Origin: Gracilinanus agilis
Lineage: Eukaryota
Assembly (NCBI RefSeq): GCF_016433145.1
Contig: NC_058130.1
Coordinates: forward strand, 21,740,670-21,804,669
DNA length: 64,000 bases
Direction: 5' to 3'
A program made the position numbers and the translations under genes. This document shows, piece by piece, positions 61,822 through 64,000 of this stretch. The notes beneath the pieces are model-generated. The model saw only the letters and a program-made list of their open reading frames with translations. It was not told where the DNA came from and did not search any database. Position 1 is the stretch's first letter. Every line of letters begins with the position of its first letter.

Positions 61822-62020
61822 GGGGGTAGCTGGGTAGCTCAGTGGATTGAGAGTCAGGCCTAGAGACAGGAGGTCCTGGGTTCAAATCTGGCCTCAGACA
61901 CTTCCCAGCTGCGTGACCCTGGGCAAGTCACTTGACCCCCATTGCCCACCCTTACCACTCTTACACCAAGGAGGCAATATACAGAAGTTAAGGGTTTAAA
62001 AAAAAAGATAAAAAATAAAT
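61822..62020 (+). mobile_element. SINE1_Mdo with a short 3'-end variant
   Basis: TSD aaaaagga(a/g)ctttga at 61807-61821 and 62021-62035. The 3' end reads ccactcttacaccaaggaggcaatatacagaagttaagggttt. Confidence 0.9.
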
Positions 62021-62339
62021 AAAAAGGAGCTTTGAATTACGAATCACAGGAAGTCGTGTTTCCAGGGGTGTCACAGAAAAGCAGATAATGAATTTTCTTT
62101 AATGTTAAACTTAAGAAGAACTCTAACACCCATATACTCCTCACATTAGAGAGGAAATATTCTGATCACGGAAGCTAGTCTTTCGGGTGGAGGTTTTCCC
62201 TCCTAGCATATTCTTCTCCTTCTCTTTCCATTCTTCTTTTAAGGTCATCAAAAATAACAGAACCACTCCCAGCTATCTGTCTAATTAGATTCCCTTTTCA
62301 ATGATGATAAGGTTCTAAGGGGATACATTTATCAGCTTC

Positions 62340-63460
62340 CCAAATTAGGATGTAAGCAGTTTATCCTGGTTCAGTCCCTTCATGTTTATTTTTTCTTAAA
62401 TCTTTGGGGGTTTACCTGCAGATACTTTGGTATCACTTCTGGATTTGCGTCTTTAGGGTCCCTATGGCCATAATCACACTTTATCATGGAACTTTTTGTT
62501 TATTCAATCTTCTAGCCTACTTCCTGACTTTTAGACTTTATGTTAGGTCCAGGCTTTGTGCATTTCTGGAGGGAATGTTTGGAAGGAAGCTTTGTTGCTA
62601 CTTTTTTGGAATATTCTATAAATCCAGACTCTCAGGAACAGCTCCGCCTGGTGCCCTGTGAGTTTCCAGTGCTCTCAAAACTGTATGGGGCAAAGCCTGA
62701 TGGCTGCACACTCTTTTCCTCCAACCTCTCTCAGCTCCCCCACCTTCATCCTGCTCTGAGCTCTCTGGGTTTGGTGCTGAGCAGCATGCCTGTGGGCTTC
62801 TCCTGCTTGGAGTTCCAGTAGACTGCTACTGGATTCAGACCCTGCTGGGCATCCCTGTTTCCTTCAGATCTCGAGTCAGGCCCTCCTTCCAGCACATATT
62901 ATGTGTGTGACCCTGGGCAAGCCTACCCCAGGAAACTTGAAATTGCAGAATTGTTTCTAAGAGGCATCAGTAGGGGTTGGGGAGGGCAGAACTACAGGTT
63001 CCCTTATGGTCTGGGATTCCTCGCCTTGTTACTCTGCTGCAGGCTTCAGTCTGGGCTGGAGATCCTACGCTGCTCTTGGAGTCAGAACCGTGAGGATCCT
63101 GAACTTGCTCCTTGCTTGGTACACAGTCTAGGGCTTGTGACCACTGCTCACCCTGGACTGCCCTCCTCAGCCTGTGATCCAGTGCCCAAAAGAGTGGGCA
63201 GCTATTCCTGTGCCCTACACAAGCCGGAGCCCTCTTGAGTAGGTCTGTTCCTTCTTCTTTCCCTGGGCTGTGCCTATGGCCCCTATGGCTGTGCCTGGCT
63301 AGACCCCGTGTCCTCGGATTCCTCTGCCTGTCTTCTACATGAACCCGGGCTGGAAAGACGGCTCACTGATTTTTTTCCTTGGGTTTCTCAGTAAGGATCC
63401 AGTCTCATCTATTTTCTAGACCTTTTGGTCAGTGTGGGGGGTAGGATGGGAAGGGAAGCT
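62340..63460 (-). mobile_element. Probable marsupial L1 5'UTR/ORF1 remnant
   Basis: ctagcctacttcctgacttttagactttatgttagg...gtgcatttctggaggg resembles antisense L1 5' regions as I remember them. Confidence 0.5.
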
Positions 63461-64000
63461 CAGCTGTACTACTTCCTGCTACTCTACTTGCCATTACATT
63501 AAAATGATCATCCTAAGAAATCTTGTCTTCTTCTAAAAAACTTTGAGTTAACAGGGGCTTGATTTTTCTACCGATGTCAATCAAAATAGCTCAAAATGCT
63601 AAAATCATTTAAAAATCCATTAGAACTCTCTCACTCCTCCTTTCCCCAGGCTGTCATGAGTGCCACTCTGAACAGAAACGGAACAAAACTGATTATCTGA
63701 AACCTGGTTTTCACAGAAGTTGCAAAGTATTATTTTAATTGAATTTCCCTATGAGTTAGAAATGCTGAAAAATTTGTCTATCAAAGTCTAAGGGATTTCC
63801 CAGGGGGGTTGATGCACTTAGATAGAGATGCCCACAAAAGACAATCTGCAGCAAGAATTATGACTACATTAATGATATTAATTGAGAAATTTACAAGTGT
63901 ATCTAAACACATTTGAATTTATACATCTTACTCTGAATTTTATTGCTAATCATGAAAACAGGGCACTTTTCCATCTCCTTCTGGGACTTTCTTTGTTATG

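Noticed and set aside
62790-62830. Possible next upstream CFAP20DC exon end (TTWNSCLPP) near ggagttccag
   Set aside because: The translation does not match, there is no suitable donor, and it lies in an L1-like tract. That exon is probably beyond the window.

Overview
Marsupial genomic DNA, most likely a didelphid opossum such as Monodelphis, judged from many SINE1_Mdo-type SINEs, Mar1 and opossum-type L1 3' ends. The window has five N-gaps. The only protein-coding content I can support is the 3' end of CFAP20DC (C3orf67) on the minus strand. Its last three coding exons (52811-52872, 18069-18160, 4563-4675) splice in frame through GT-AG introns of 34,650 and 13,393 bp. They give [88 protein letters not shown], followed by a ~0.5 kb 3'UTR. 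The two upstream exons are absent from the ORF track. The rest is intron or 3' flank filled with SINEs, L1/L2/CR1 remnants, ERV LTRs and hAT MITEs. I see no new multi-gene system. The most unusual items are: a 152-bp TG-started foldback element with 32-bp TIRs and a 4-bp TSD nested in a SINE; co-oriented CTCF-type motifs at the gene end, one carried by a hAT MITE; an OCRE-like repeat register in the CFAP20DC C-terminus; sense-oriented LTRs upstream of the penultimate exon; and a young L1 inserted at the homologous position of an older L1. Repeat family names and the human protein comparison come from memory, not from a database search, and boundaries of old repeats are approximate.
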